Assembly: GCA_009602725.1 (NCBI GenBank)
Contig: WELB01000013.1
Coordinates: 662,593-726,592 of the forward strand
Direction: 5' to 3'
Length of the DNA: 64,000 nt
Origin: Spirogloea muscicola
Taxonomy: Eukaryota
Numbering within the stretch: the stretch's first letter is position 1; each line of letters starts with the position of its first letter. Under the pieces are notes generated by a model. It searched no databases and was not told where the DNA came from. It saw only the letters and a list, made by a program, of their open reading frames with translations. The translations under genes and the position numbers were made by a program. Below are positions 34,995 through 48,429 of the stretch, one piece after another.

Positions 34995-36013
34995 TCACAT
35001 GGGGGTGGCCGCCTCAGCTGCAGTCGGCGCCGGGGCGAAGCGGGCGAGCCTGGCCTTCTTCTTCTCCTCGTCGGCTGGCAGGAGTTTTAACGTGGACGAC
35101 TCTGACTTGAACCTGGTCATGAGGCATGTTGAGGCATTGGCACAGTCAGGGGCACGAAGCGCCAGGAGAGGGGCTCCGTAGCTGCTACCATGGCCGGCCG
35201 CAGTAAAGCTTAAGACGACCTCAGAGCCTTGCTTGCATGGCAATGACAGCCAGCTGTGCGGACGCTCGCGCACCTGTCCTGGCGTGCCTTCTTCTTGGCC
35301 TCGTCCTCCGCTCTCTGCTCACCCCTGGATGCGCGGCCCCCCTTGCTGGCCCCATTTGCGGCTAAGCTTGCGGCAGCAGGATCGACCTCGGCAATGCCAA
35401 ACCTGCGCAGGGCCCAGAGACGGCAAGCTCAGCTGCCACGCTGCCACGCCCTCCAGGTCCAACAACTTCAGCAGCTGTAGCAATCAGACAGGCTTGCTGT
35501 GGCAGGGCATGCCCTTTGTGCACCAAAACCGCAGAATGCTGCCTGCATGCAGGCTCAAGATTCACGTGACAGTCACCTCGCAGCTCGTTGTTTACGAAGC
35601 TCTGCCTCGGCATCATTGCCGGCCTTTGGCGGCGCATCCTTGCTCTTGCCCTCGTCTGCAGGCACGCCAAACCTGCCAAAATCCCCAGAAAAACATCAGC
35701 CAGCCATCTTGGCGCGCGCGTGAAGGCCTTGACATGCACGCAGCTCTGCAGCTGCAGAGGGCGGCGGCGGCGGCGGCGGCAGTCACTTGTGCGCGCGGGC
35801 GTGGCGCTTCTCCTCGTCCGTCTGCACCACCTCGACGCCGAAGCGCGCCGCGCGCCTCTGCTTCTTCTCCAGCTCCGTCTCCGCGGCCGCCGCGCCGGGA
35901 GCTTCCGCGGAGGGCGTGGCGGCAGGTACAGCATCGCCATCACCATCGCCGGCGCCGCCGTCCTCGCCGGCGCCGTCGCCGGCCGCGCCGGCCTTGGCCG
36001 CGGCCTCGGCCTC
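34995..36013 (-). CDS. MOS11/Tho1/SARNP-like mRNA export factor (start probably in the small gap)
   Basis: Repeated KK..RA.RF motifs over 3 exons: ETELEKKQRRAARFG, EEKRHARA.RFG, EAKKKARQDRF, EEKKKARLARF; stop at 34995. Confidence 0.8.
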
Positions 36014-36069
36014 NNNNNNNNNNNNNNNNNNNNNNNNNNNNNNNNNNNNNNNNNNNNNNNNNNNGGCCA

Positions 36070-36102
<33 letters not shown>

Positions 36103-36167
36103 CGCCGCCGCCGCCGAGCCTGCAAGCGGACGGGGAGACGGGCGCTTCTCCAAAGCAACGTGGTATG

Positions 36168-36900
36168 TGTTTTAGCACCTTTCGGCCCCTTCGGACCTCG
36201 TAAATTCTGGGCTCGCTTTTTACAGCCCTCGCCCCTTCGGTAAGTGCTCACTTCTGAAGCCAAGCCCGACGTGCGGAAGTGAGCTCTTCCAGATTTACAA
36301 TGGGCCGAAGGGCCGATAAGGCGCCAGAACCCCCACAGCTACGCAAGAGACCACGGCGGATGTGAGCATAATCAGTAACCACGAGTCAGCAGCCGCAAGT
36401 GGGAGCAGCTGCGGTGGCCAGGCGCACCGCGTTGCCGCCAGTAAGCAGACGTCTCGGACGGCCAGCGGGGGCGATTACCGACGGGGTCGCTAGCGAGGCC
36501 CCACCAGCGAAACGACGGTGCTCCGCCCCCACGTTGACGCGGCTGCATGGGCAAGTCGATCGGAACACAGCCCTCCCCGTCAGCTCATCTGACCTCCTAC
36601 TGCTGACACGGGGGTACTGAAGAGCCCTGTCCCTGAGCTGTGGCTTCGCTAAGATAGTCATGAATACCCGCTGTATGCAACTGCCTAGTTTTTACAGCCA
36701 TAAACTATCAGCAGCCGCGCTTTTCTTTTTCTTTTGCGAGATGAAGTGAAGGGGAGGCATAACCAAGCCAGTACCAGAGAGAGGAAGTAGAGGAGGAAGT
36801 AAAGCTCTTCCAATAGGGGGCGAGGGCTGTAAAAGCCAGGCCGCAAAGAATGGAAAACGTCCGAAGGAGCCGGGCCAAAACACATAACTATGCAAGTACC
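36168..36900. mobile_element. Cluster of degenerate retroelement 3'-end fragments in both orientations
   Basis: HLRLLTRGY* on - (stop 36372) and SDLLLLTRGY* on + (stop 36620). 3'UTR motif copies at ~36205-36255 (+), ~36277-36330 (-), ~36620-36720 (+) and ~36790-36880 (-). Confidence 0.7.
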
Positions 36901-37327
36901 AGAAAGGATGGTCGAAAGAGTAGCTCTCTGAAGGTGACAAGGGCTGCAAAGGGCCACGGCTGGTCTAGTCCAGGCATTGAGCCATGTGATGCTGGCTCAC
37001 CCTAGGAAACTACTCACATGCGCCTGACAATCATACGCCTAACAACTTGACACTCATCTGCTTGCTAACATCGTGGTTTAACATTTGAAGATTCCGCTGG
37101 AGTATCTCAGCCAAGCAACCTCCCCTCGGCAGCGAAGTATTGAGCATATGTGACCACCACAATCATGGGCTGGCTCTGCCTGGCCAGTGCGTGCATCCCC
37201 TTTGGCAGTACCATTAATTGCACGTTGCCGGCCTACGTCTGGATGGTCCTCCAGTGCCGACTGCAGACCTTAAGCATACCTACTTTGTATGAGCTCGGCT
37301 TAGCTCAAGTCAACCTCAGTGGACCAA

Positions 37328-40300
37328 TTACCTTGTTGCTACATCAGAGCTCATCTCCTCCAGCTGCACCAGCCGTCGCTTCAGGATGCTGAGCTTCTCC
37401 TGGGCCTCAGCTGCCTGTTCCCTAACCCCTTGCACCACGGCAGCAGGAGCCTTTTCAACAAACTGCGACAAGAATCAAACACCACCTCAGCCACTTGAAC
37501 TCCACTTTCAGAGCACAGCAAAATGAGATGCTATGCGGATTTTGTCCTCAAAGTGGACAAGTCTAACTGCAGTGAAGGGCTTGCGTCAGGCAATAGCTGC
37601 CAATAGTTGCTATGCTACTTCAGCATAGCCTCCTGGAGACCACTTGTAGTCTTCAGGAACAATTGAAAGTTGGGGCGTACTGATGAAGAAGCTAGGCGCT
37701 TGGAGGCCGTGTCAAAGTCTGTTTGGAGCCGCTCCGCCTGCTTGCTCAGCCTGCCCAACTCCTTCCCGATGTCAATCATTCCTGCCAGTGGCAGATACGC
37801 TTCCAGGCCCTCCCTCACAACCAGGTGCACCGCCTTAGCTGCATCCACTGCCCTATAAGGAACATGTTTCAGGCCAACTTCTGAACTGAAGCAGAGATAG
37901 TTGCAAGCGCTCTCATAACAAGTTGGAAGCCTGGCTATGAATCCTTCCTCATACGTACATGGAGTCTCGTGGACGATGCGCAGTGTGTTTCCATCGAGCC
38001 GTGAGAGCGCAACCAGTACTGCCGCTTCTTCCTGGCATCAGAAGAGACATGAATGAGACTGCTAGAAAGTGGCAGTTGTTGCAAGGTCTATTCCTATTGA
38101 AATCACATCAAACCTAATAAAATGTAAAACTCAATTTTGTATAGCAGAAGGCCATCAGCGAACAGACAGCATGACAGAGGCTGATAAAACAGGCACAACC
38201 TTCAGATAAGCCATGGAGGCCGGGCGAGCAACCACGACACAGGTAATGCGCTTGGCAGGCTCAACTGAGTACTCTGCCCTTGCATTCCTGATGGCTCTCA
38301 CCTGTCACATTATTGCCCTTGCAGGGCACGGGCACTTCAGTATGTGCGAGAAGGCCTCAGCAGACTTAGGCAACACCAGCTGCTAAAGTATGTGATGAAA
38401 TACTCAGCGCTGAAAAGCAATTAAGCTGACAGACAAGCTACGAGCAGCAATCAAGAATATATGTGCACACCAGATCTTGGAGTTCCCTGAATTGCTCTAT
38501 GGTCACTTGATCATGCGGAAGGCCTACTGTTGGCCATTTGGCGACGATCAAAGCATCGCCAGTGTGAGGTATTGCCTACATTTATATTCAATGCAACGTC
38601 AAATTGAGTGCAATGAGCAGCGAACTTTTGAAGAGAACTATAACCTTTATGCACATAGACGGCTGACTCATAGCAAGCCTGTGCTGACAAGTGCGACGAG
38701 CACAGGCAACAAAGCTTTGATCCTTAGAGGCAGCTCCAGAAAGTAGCACTTCATACCTGCCAAAGCTCCTCAGTGACAAACGGAATGATAGGGTGTAGCA
38801 ATCTCAGAATTATGTCAAAAGTATACACCAGAGTACTTTGTGCCCTCAGCGAAGCCTCTGTATCCTCATTCTTGTATAGTCTGGTCTTGCTCGCCTCAAT
38901 GTACCTGATACGTATTCATGAGAAGATTCCCACAGAAAAGACTGAAAGTAAAATAAGGAAGAGTAGCACAGGAGGATGAAGGTCATTACACCCAATGCAG
39001 GTCAAAGGAGAGGCGAGAGGAGCCAAAGTAAAGCTATTGACAACTTAAAGAGCACCCCTTTGCACTGTGTAGAAAAGAGTAAACTCCTAAAAGAAGATGC
39101 TGAGGCACAGCAAAGCCGTGGCCTCTCTCACCAGTCGGCAAATTCAGTCCAGAAGAAGTCATAGACCCTCCTTCCCACGTCGTTGAAATCAAGGCGCTCA
39201 TAAGACGTGGTGCAGTTGTTAATAAGCACGTGCACTTCTGATACCTGATGCAAAAAGGGTGGATGTAACTTAGTCCTCCTCACAATGTGTGGCGAGTCAT
39301 GCATTGCAGTGAAGAACAATACAAAGAGCTGCATGTAGATGTCCACAGCTTGTTTGGGATAGAACTCACCACCCAGCGTTCTGCAAGGGGCAGCGTTTGC
39401 AGAGACTCGTTCGTGTTGTACTGCAAGACAAGACAACAACAAGCAGAATATTGAATCACATGGCCAAGCCTCATACAAGCAGAATCACCAGCAGCAGATT
39501 AAGAGTACTAAGGGCCTTTGAGAGTGTCAAAGCAGCAGCATGATCTTAGCACATGAGCTCAGCAGGCAGTGCTTGGCATGTCTTGAGAGAGGTGCACTGA
39601 CATGACTGTTGGCCAAAGCAGACCAGGCGCTGCTTTCAGAAGGAGATGGCAAATTTAGAACAATGAATTTGCCAGCATTCCATATCTTGTTGATGAATGC
39701 CTTGTTTGCACCTAACCTTTCCATGGAGAGATTGACGTCCTGCAGAGCACACACGTCCATGAAGGCAAGATGGCTTAGATAGTCCTGCTGCAGCTTCTGG
39801 GCTATTCCAGTCCTTCCTTATGAGCACGCAAAGACCGAGTGCAACATACGCACACTGACAGCTTGTTGACCACAATCGTAGACAATGTAATGAGTTAGCA
39901 TGGATTAGCAAATGAATGGTTGCAAAGGACTTCAAGGCAGCAAGACCTACCTGTCCAGGCGTTGTACCAGTCGCCAGCGTGTAACGCAGAGCATCAGTGC
40001 CGTAGTCTTTGATGGTGTCCACGGGATCAATGACGTTGCCCAGCGTTTTGGACATTTTTCGACCCTGCAAGGTCACAAATTTGATCGAACGGCCTTGACC
40101 TTCTTCAACAATGCTGACGTGTAAGGGAAGAGCAACAGTTGGTAACAGACTTGATGGACAAATGGCACCCCTCGAAGCACAGTTGTATCTGTAAAAAAGC
40201 TGCAAATAATCTCTGGATGAAATGAGCCAAGGACTGAAGTTCACCAAGACTCATCCTCACGTATCTCACAAGTAGTAGCTTGCTGAGCAAAAGTAGAAAG

Positions 40301-43300
40301 CTAGCTGACATGACTTCTTCTGTCTAGAATGCGCGGTTGTCACCTGAGCATCTCGAACGAGTCCATGGAGATAGACTGTGTGGAATGGGAGCTTTCCGGT
40401 GAACTCAATGCCCATCATAATCATCCGAGCCACCCAGAAGAAGAGGATGTCATGGCTGGACACCATGACGAGCAGCCACAAAATGAACAGATTTAAAAGA
40501 CCCTCAGATACTCTTTTGTTAAGCTCAACTCAAGTACGGACAGGGGTCACTGCTGGCGCTGCTGTATATGCATTCTCACAGGAGCCCCGTTCTCCTGTGA
40601 GTTGCTGACGCCCACAACATCAGCATCTGGTCCCTTACCCTGTCTCAAGGATAGAGGTAGGATAAAATCTCGAGAGGTCCTCTGCTGAGTCCTCGGGCCA
40701 CCCCAAGGTGCTGAAGGGCCAGAGGCCGCTGCAGATTACAAAAGTCATTGGGGTTCCAGTTAGGCCCTGCTGCTAGTGTGCAAGGCTATGCATGAAGGAT
40801 GTCGCAGATATACATACACAAACCAACACTGAGATTAGTGTTGTCCACCTCCGAAAGCTGAATCCAAATGGCACAGATTCCAGGAGAGACACATATTTTG
40901 GAAAAAGATGCTGGAAAGCAGACCCCATAGGACACATGCCGACCACAGCTTCAGCAAGTTGGCTCAGCTCTTGAAAGTTGGAGCTTGCAGTCAGGCTGAA
41001 TACTGAAGTACCTTGAGAACCACGTGTCAAGAACGTCAGGGTCCTGACGGAGCCTTACGCCTTTCCCAAATTTCTGCTCCGCCTTTCTGTATGCTTCTGC
41101 TTCGTCACGTGCAACCACGTAGTTTTCTTCAACATTGTCCGTACCCACTTCCAATGCACTGGTGCTGCTCACCATGCCTTCACCACTCACAGCATCCTCG
41201 CCAGCTTGCACGTACCACACCGGAATGCGATGCCCCCACCACAGCTGCCTACTGATGCACCAGTCCTTGATGTTCTCAAGCCAGAAATTGTAGACCTGCA
41301 AGGAAGTCAAGAGCAAAACTAGTATACGACTTACATCTGCTTACGACCATGTCTCCTCACATCGTGTCAGCATTGGCAAGCCATTGTCTAGCACGTCTGA
41401 TCACTCTCCATCTTCTCTGCAACCCAAAGGCCTAAGAGTACCTTCTCAAAACGATCAGGGACTATCCTGAGAGCCTGACTCTGAAGAGCCTGTAGTGCTG
41501 GCTCTGCCAGCGGCTGCATCCTCACAAACCACTGCTTGCTGACCAGAGGCTCCACAACCTGGATACAACCACAACCATTGCGCTTCAGTGCTTACGTGAT
41601 GCAATGTGAATGATATGACATGAAGAGCTGCCCCTTCTACACTCTTATGTGACGTAATTACAGATGCTTCTGTTGATTACAATTGCTGTTGTATGAATAT
41701 GGAAGCTCTTGGATACAGGCAAGACTTGTTTACCTCTCCACCACGCTGAGAGCGAGGCACACGGGCATTGTAGGGCTCTGCTTTGATGGCTAAGCCCTCG
41801 GCCTCCAAGTCTTGCCAAATCTTCTTTCTAGCTTCAAACCTGTCCATTCCTCTGAGAACGCAATGACCTGACGTCAGGAAGGGACTGCATGATTCATCTC
41901 AACATAAAGTGGCCCCTACACGCTAAACGGCAAATATAAGTGAGTGTACAATTAATTGAGGCTTCTGGCATGGGCAGTTTAATTAAGGGCCAAAGTAGTT
42001 GCCAGAGAAGCAAACAGCACTGACCTATATGCACCTGCATTCTCATTAAGGCTTCCGTCCTTGTTCATGATGTTGATGGTGGGCAGCCCCAGCTTCTGCC
42101 CAATGGCATAATCGTTTGGGTCATGTCCAGGCGTGATCTTCAAGGCACCCGTGCCAAACTCTCGCTCCACATACTGCTTGAAGACACTCAGCGAGCTGTA
42201 AGCTTGGGCCTCATGCACACACTAGCTGAGGGGAGTTGAGCAGCTCTTGCAGCAATCCGTTGCAGCTTGTACAGTAATTTTGACATGGGTAGTGGTTGCT
42301 TATACGTACCTCATCAGCAATGACAGGAACCTCCCGACCACCACTACAAGGCACGATAGCCTTCTTGCCGACAAAGCGTGCATATCGCTCATCCTGCGGA
42401 GCGTAGCGGCCAAGGTCATCATGCTAGACTTTCAACAAGTTGCAATTTGTACACAGAGCTGCATATATCTCATATAGGAGGTGTGTATGGGCGAAGCGCT
42501 CTAAGATGACAACGGTCAGTTGCTGCAAAGAACCTGCGAATGAAGTTACCCGCTCAACAAAGCACTAGACAGAGCATACTGACCTAGCAAATGCATCTGG
42601 TATGACGCTGTGAGATCTATGAGCGTGTGGTGTTACTATGACAGTACCTCAGGATGCACTGCAACTGCCGTATCGCCAAGCAGAGTCTCTGGTCGTGTGG
42701 TTGCCACAGGAAGGTGGTCACCGCTGGCTTGCCATTGGTGACATCAAGTTGGATAATTGTGAGCAGGCTTCCAGACATCACTTCAAAATGGATGACCCTT
42801 GAGCTTCAACTGGCAAGACATGGTGGTGTATGATTTTTCAAACAGCCATTTTACTCATTGGGGTGCTTAATGAAATCCATTGAACTCAGTGACAGAAAGT
42901 TATCACAAGCATTGCATGCCCTGTTGGAGACAAATATGGGAGAGCAACATGACATACCTACTGTCAGCCAAAGGGTATTTCAAGTAGTACAGCTTGCCAG
43001 GCTCTTCAGAGTACTCAACCTCCTGGTGTCAGTAAGAGGGTGGATGACCAGAGTAAGTCAAAAGCAGAGCAGAGATGATATGCAGCCTGCAGATGGAAGG
43101 GCTTGAGAATCACATTGTCAAACAACTAAACAACTCGCCTCTTACTGTCAAAAAGGACAGAATAGGGCCTCAAGTGCATTCCCTATTTTTGTCTTTCCTA
43201 TTGCTGCTTCTATGGGGCTGAGTGCACGTTCCTAGAAACTCTCAAAATGCTAGCAACTCACCAGGTCTGACACAGCTGTCTGAAGATTTGGCGACCAGTT

Positions 43301-45321
43301 CACCATATAGCTGCCTGACACAACACAACTGACGTGTTTCAGGTGGCAAGACACTGATGCTGTTACTTGCAGATAAGCAAGAGGCATCTCCATGCCGCAG
43401 TGCTAGTTACAACAAGTGCCCCAAGATCCAAAATAGCCACCACGTTATATAATGACCAATCAATCCGTCTAAGACAGGCATAAATGCAGTGCCATGGTAC
43501 CGCGGTAAATGAGGCCCTTCTCGTGCAGCCTCACGAATGCCTCAACAACAGCTCCTGTCAACTCAAATAAAGAGCGCCAAAGGTCTTGGGCTTATGGGGT
43601 AGGTCTAGCTAGAGCTCTTTGATAGGCTACTGTTGATGGGAAGGTAATTGTTGGGCAATGGCTATGTCCGGGAACGTGAAGCATGCACGCATAAGAACAT
43701 GTATTGCTTTGGCATAAGCAAATGCAAGTAAACAAGATGAACGCCTATCCTTAATAAGCCAACCCTGTCGTGACCAAACGCAAGCAGAATACAGAAGTAC
43801 GTGCAGGTTGTTCCAGCTTCTGGGTTGTACAAAGAAGCATAGAAGTGAGGAAGCGAAGGCGCACTGCTGAGCTGCCCGTCCAGAGTGAAGCGCTCCCTAG
43901 TCCAGTCGCAGGAGGCGCCCAGCCTTCGCAGCTGGGTGGTGATGGCCCCCCCGTACCTGCATAATGCAAGACCAGCATACCCCCACTAAGACGGCACCCG
44001 CTTGCAGATTTTGACCATTGAGAGACGAGGATGCAATCTCCTTGAGATGAACAAGGAGCTCGGGCTTTTAGAGGAGATACACTGAACGCTGCCTGACACC
44101 TGGAGGCGTAATTTCCAAGAATCGGCAGCAGGTCATGCAATAAGGTCGCAGGAGCTAGGGCAGATTGTGCACTTGGATTTCCACTGCCACGCACGGAGAG
44201 TAAATTCCTCACGGCCAAGGTCTGCCCTGCTCGTGCCCTCTGCAGCCAGCATCTTCTCCACGACCAGCTGTTGCACACCACCGACATTTGTAAGTCTCGT
44301 CACAATACAGGTGCTTTTTGAGTGACTCTTGGCCGTGCGACGAGCTCAAGGCTGGTGACACTCATAAGGTCAGAATCTGAAGCAGCAAGCCCACTGTGCA
44401 GCATGATAGCAGCCAGAACTCCCATTCTGACTGCACGGAGCTGTGAGTCCTAGACTGGAACTCAGAGCTCATTGTGCAGATGTGCGTTGCCGATCTAAGC
44501 AGGGATTGTGGTACCTGAGTCGCAATGCCCGCATGGTCCGTGCCAGGAAGCCACAGCGTGGGACGGCCCCTCATTCGCCAATGCCGTGCCATGATGTCCT
44601 GCACGGCTGGACGCGCAAAGGGTTCTAGACTGTGTCTTCGGCACAGGGCTTCTCGAGGGTTTTGGTGTCAACTTGGTGCAAGTGCGGGTATGCAGCCCTG
44701 GCGCCTCAGCCTTGGATCTAGACATTAGTGTAGATCATATTAGGGGTTAGGGTTTAATTTCAGGGGTTTAGATTTTAGGGTTATGCATTCATGCACTCAT
44801 ACGTTTTACCATCATTCATTCTAATGCATTCGTACTGGAATCACTGACCAACGAAAACAGCAGCCAGCACGCAGGAGGGGCCCTTTACTATAATGCAAAC
44901 CCAAACAGCAATTAGGGAGGGCCGGGGCGCTGCCTGCACCTCCAGCGTGACAAACATGGCGTGGCCCATGTGCAGCGCGCCCGTGACATTCGGCGGCGGC
45001 ATCATGACCACGAACGGCTCCCCCGTGGCGTCCGGGCTCGGCTTGAAGAAGCCCTGCCTCTCCCACCTGGCGACGCCGCCGTCGACCAGCGGCGCGGCGC
45101 GCCGTCAGGACGAGCAGGGCGCGCGCGCGAGGAGGCCTCACGTCGGCGCACAGAGCCGCCATCCCTCGCTGCCGCTGCTGGAGTGGCAGCCGCCCCGCGA
45201 GGATGGCGCCGCAAGAGGGGGCGCCAGCGGCCGGACCAGGCGTAGAGGCGCTCCTCGGCGTCAAACTCGAAGGCCTTGGGCAGCGCCGCCGGCGTGCCGG
45301 GCCCGGCGGCCGCGGCGGCGG
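37328..45321 (-). CDS. Valyl-tRNA synthetase, organellar type (5' end in gap)
   Basis: [15 protein letters not shown] (HIGH motif); [81 protein letters not shown]-terminal coiled coil [10 protein letters not shown]; stop at 37328. Confidence 0.96.
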
Positions 45322-45971
45322 NNNNNNNNNNNNNNNNNNNNNNNNNNNNNNNNNNNNNNNNNNNNNNNNNNNNNNNNNNNNNNNNNNNNNNNNNNNNNNN
45401 NNNNNNNNNNNNNNNNNNNNNNNNNNNNNNNNNNNNNNNNNNNNNNNNNNNNNNNNNNNNNNNNNNNNNNNNNNNNNNNNNNNNNNNNNNNNNNNNNNNN
45501 NNNNNNNNNNNNNNNNNNNNNNNNNNNNNNNNNNNNNNNNNNNNNNNNNNNNNNNNNNNNNNNNNNNNNNNNNNNNNNNNNNNNNNNNNNNNNNNNNNNN
45601 NNNNNNNNNNNNNNNNNNNNNNNNNNNNNNNNNNNNNNNNNNNNNNNNNNNNNNNNNNNNNNNNNNNNNNNNNNNNNNNNNNNNNNNNNNNNNNNNNNNN
45701 NNNNNNNNNNNNNNNNNNNNNNNNNNNNNNNNNNNNNNNNNNNNNNNNNNNNNNNNNNNNNNNNNNNNNNNNNNNNNNNNNNNNNNNNNNNNNNNNNNNN
45801 NNNNNNNNNNNNNNNNNNNNNNNNNNNNNNNNNNNNNNNNNNNNNNNNNNNNNNNNNNNNNNNNNNNNNNNNNNNNNNNNNNNNNNNCCCCCCCCCCGCC
45901 TTTCTGTCGCCTGCTCTGCTACTTGCCACCCACTCTCCGGCAACCCCCGTCCTCCTCACCCGCTACTTGCA

Positions 45972-48028
45972 GCGCCCGCAGAGACGTGGCGACGCTGCGG
46001 GGCATGCGCAAGGTGGGCCAGCTGCGAGAGCTCGGTGAGGGGCCCCCTCCAGCAGCTCCCGGTGCCGCCGCCACCCTCTCGATCTGCTGTGGCAGCGTCG
46101 CCGCGGAGCTGACGGCGCCCATTCCCTCGTTTGCCGCAGCCGAGCTGCTGGAAGCGGGCCACAAGGACGGCGGCGGCAGCGTGCCGGTGCTCGTCACCGT
46201 CGCCGGCCGCGTCGGCGCCGAGCACCCCATCGCGTCGCACCTCGGCAGCCTCCGCGGCGTCATCCTCGAGGAGACGGCAAGCCCCGCCCTCCCGCTCCTC
46301 GGCCCCTCGTGCACCTCCACCGCTGTGGCGGCTCCGCTGACTGCGGCGACCATTGGCAATGGCGGCGCAGGTGGAGCAGCACTTCCTCAAGCACAGCGAT
46401 GCGGGGTCGTGGGTGCAGGACTCCGCGCTCATGCTCTCAACCTCACGCGAGGTCCCGTGGTACCTCGTACGAGCCACCCCCCTCCCTCCTTCTCTCCCCC
46501 TCCTCCTCTTGCCGGCCGGGCCACCATCGTTGCCACCACAGCCTGGCCCGCCGCTTGCTCGCTGAGTGCCAGCTTTGCCCCCGCCGCCGGCGCATGCAGG
46601 AGGACGGCACTGGGCGCGCGCTGGTGGTGGGCGCGCGCGGCGCTCTGGGCCTGGAGCTCACCGTCGCGAGCGAGGAGTTTGAGGAGTCGGGCCGCTCGCT
46701 CGTGCGCGGCACGCTCGACTACCTCCAGGGCCTCAAGGTGGGGCCACTGCCGAGTTTTGCGGCGATGCTGCCAGCCTTGTCTGCGGCTGCTGCAGTAGAG
46801 CCGGTTGCTCCCTTGGCTGCCGCCGCCGCTACCGACGGCGTCGAGAGTGAATGTCAGCTTGAGTAGTGCAGATGCTGGGCGTGAAGCGCGTGGAGCGGCT
46901 GCTGCCGATCGGCGCGTCGCTCACCGTCGTCGGCGAGGCCCTCAAGGACGACCGGGGGGCGGTGCGGCTGCAGCGGCCGCAGCGGGGGCCGTTCCACGTC
47001 TCGCCCAAGAGCCTCGATCAGCTCATTGCCACGCTCGGCAAGTGGTCGCGGTGCTACAACTGGCTCTCAGTCGCGTGCACTGTGCTCGGCCTGTACGCGC
47101 TCGCCGCTCAGGCGGTGCACCGGCTGCTGGAGCGCCGCCGCATGGCCGTCCTGCACCAGCGGTAAGCGTCGACGCTGGTGCCGATGTAGCTGCTGCTGCA
47201 TCCAGCCGCAACGTCTTGCTGGCCACTCATGTTTGCTGCCATGAGGCCAAGTTGCTAACACTCCACCATCGACTTGCATACTTGACGGCAGCGTGATTGA
47301 GGCTGCGGCCGGCCGAGCAGCGAGCCTGTCCTTGCTCCCTCGCAGCAGTCAAAGTACGCTGCTCAGCCAACTGTAGCAGACACTGCGATTTCGCTCCATG
47401 CTGGTGGTGATAAGGCTCTTGCTGCTGGTCGCGGCAACCTTCTGCCTTGTGTCAACCTTTTGCGATTATTGAGATCAATCGTTTGTATGCTGCCTTTCAC
47501 TCTCGAAAATCAGCTGAGGAGGAGGGGACACGAGCGGCTGCGACGGCGCCGGCGGGCGCAGCAGAGGCTCATCAGAGCGTAGCGGCGGACGAGGTGAAGG
47601 CTGACAGCGGTGGCGGAGGGTGGGGGGCAGTGCCGCCCGCTTCCGGCGTTGGCAGCAATGGCGGCGTCACGCCAGACCTCTGTGTCATCTGCCTGGAGCA
47701 GCGCTACAACGCCGTCATTATTCCGTAAGCAGCATCAAGAACCTGAAACCCTTAGACCCTGTACTAACTTTTGCAGTGTATTCACCCCGAAATATTCTGT
47801 CTCGGCTTAATGTTTTTCTTAATTGGAATGTACCCTCTCATGAACCAGCCTTACAGCTGGTCATGTGACTGATTCACCCTGCCACTTCGCTCACTAGGCT
47901 CCTCTTCTGTGACTCCTCCTGCCAGGTGCGGCCACATGTGCTGCTGCATCGGCTGCACGTCGCACCTGTCGCAGTGCCCCCTCTGCCGGCGGCACATTGA
48001 TCAGGTCGTCAAGGCCTTCCGGCACTGA
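45972..48028 (+). CDS. SP1: SP1/MUL1-type RING E3 ubiquitin ligase (GIDE domain; 5' end in gap)
   Basis: LRGVILEET|VEQHFLKHSDAGSWVQDSALMLSTSREVPWYL; SEEFEESGRSLVRGTLDYLQGLK|MLGVKRVERLLP; RING PDLCVICLEQRYNAVIIP|CGHMCCC..C..HLSQCPLCRRHIDQVVKAFRH*. Confidence 0.92.
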
Positions 48029-48429
48029 GTCAAATGTGGCGATGCCGACCTTGTTAGGCTTCTGTGAATCCGTCTGAACAAATGACTCAGACCTTACTCC
48101 TGACTGCCATAAAAACCACGCACAGCGCAGCTGCACTTGCAATGGTGCGGACAGCTTTGACTTTGCCGAACACTTCAGCGCCAAGCTGCCGGGTGACACT
48201 GTTAACTGGGCTGCTTACTTCCCTGTACATATTTGTCATACATTATACGAGAGCCTCGTGCACTGCAGCCAGTGCATACCCCAGAGAAACCAGTGCAATT
48301 CCGCCAGGCTGATCAAATTGGTGAGAGTGGCTGCCTTTGTGGTCTCCCTTATCCAGGAGGAGCATTGCCTTGTCTTTGGGCTTGCTCAACACAAGCACTT
48401 CTACAGTGAATGCAGAAGCTCGCTTGCAG

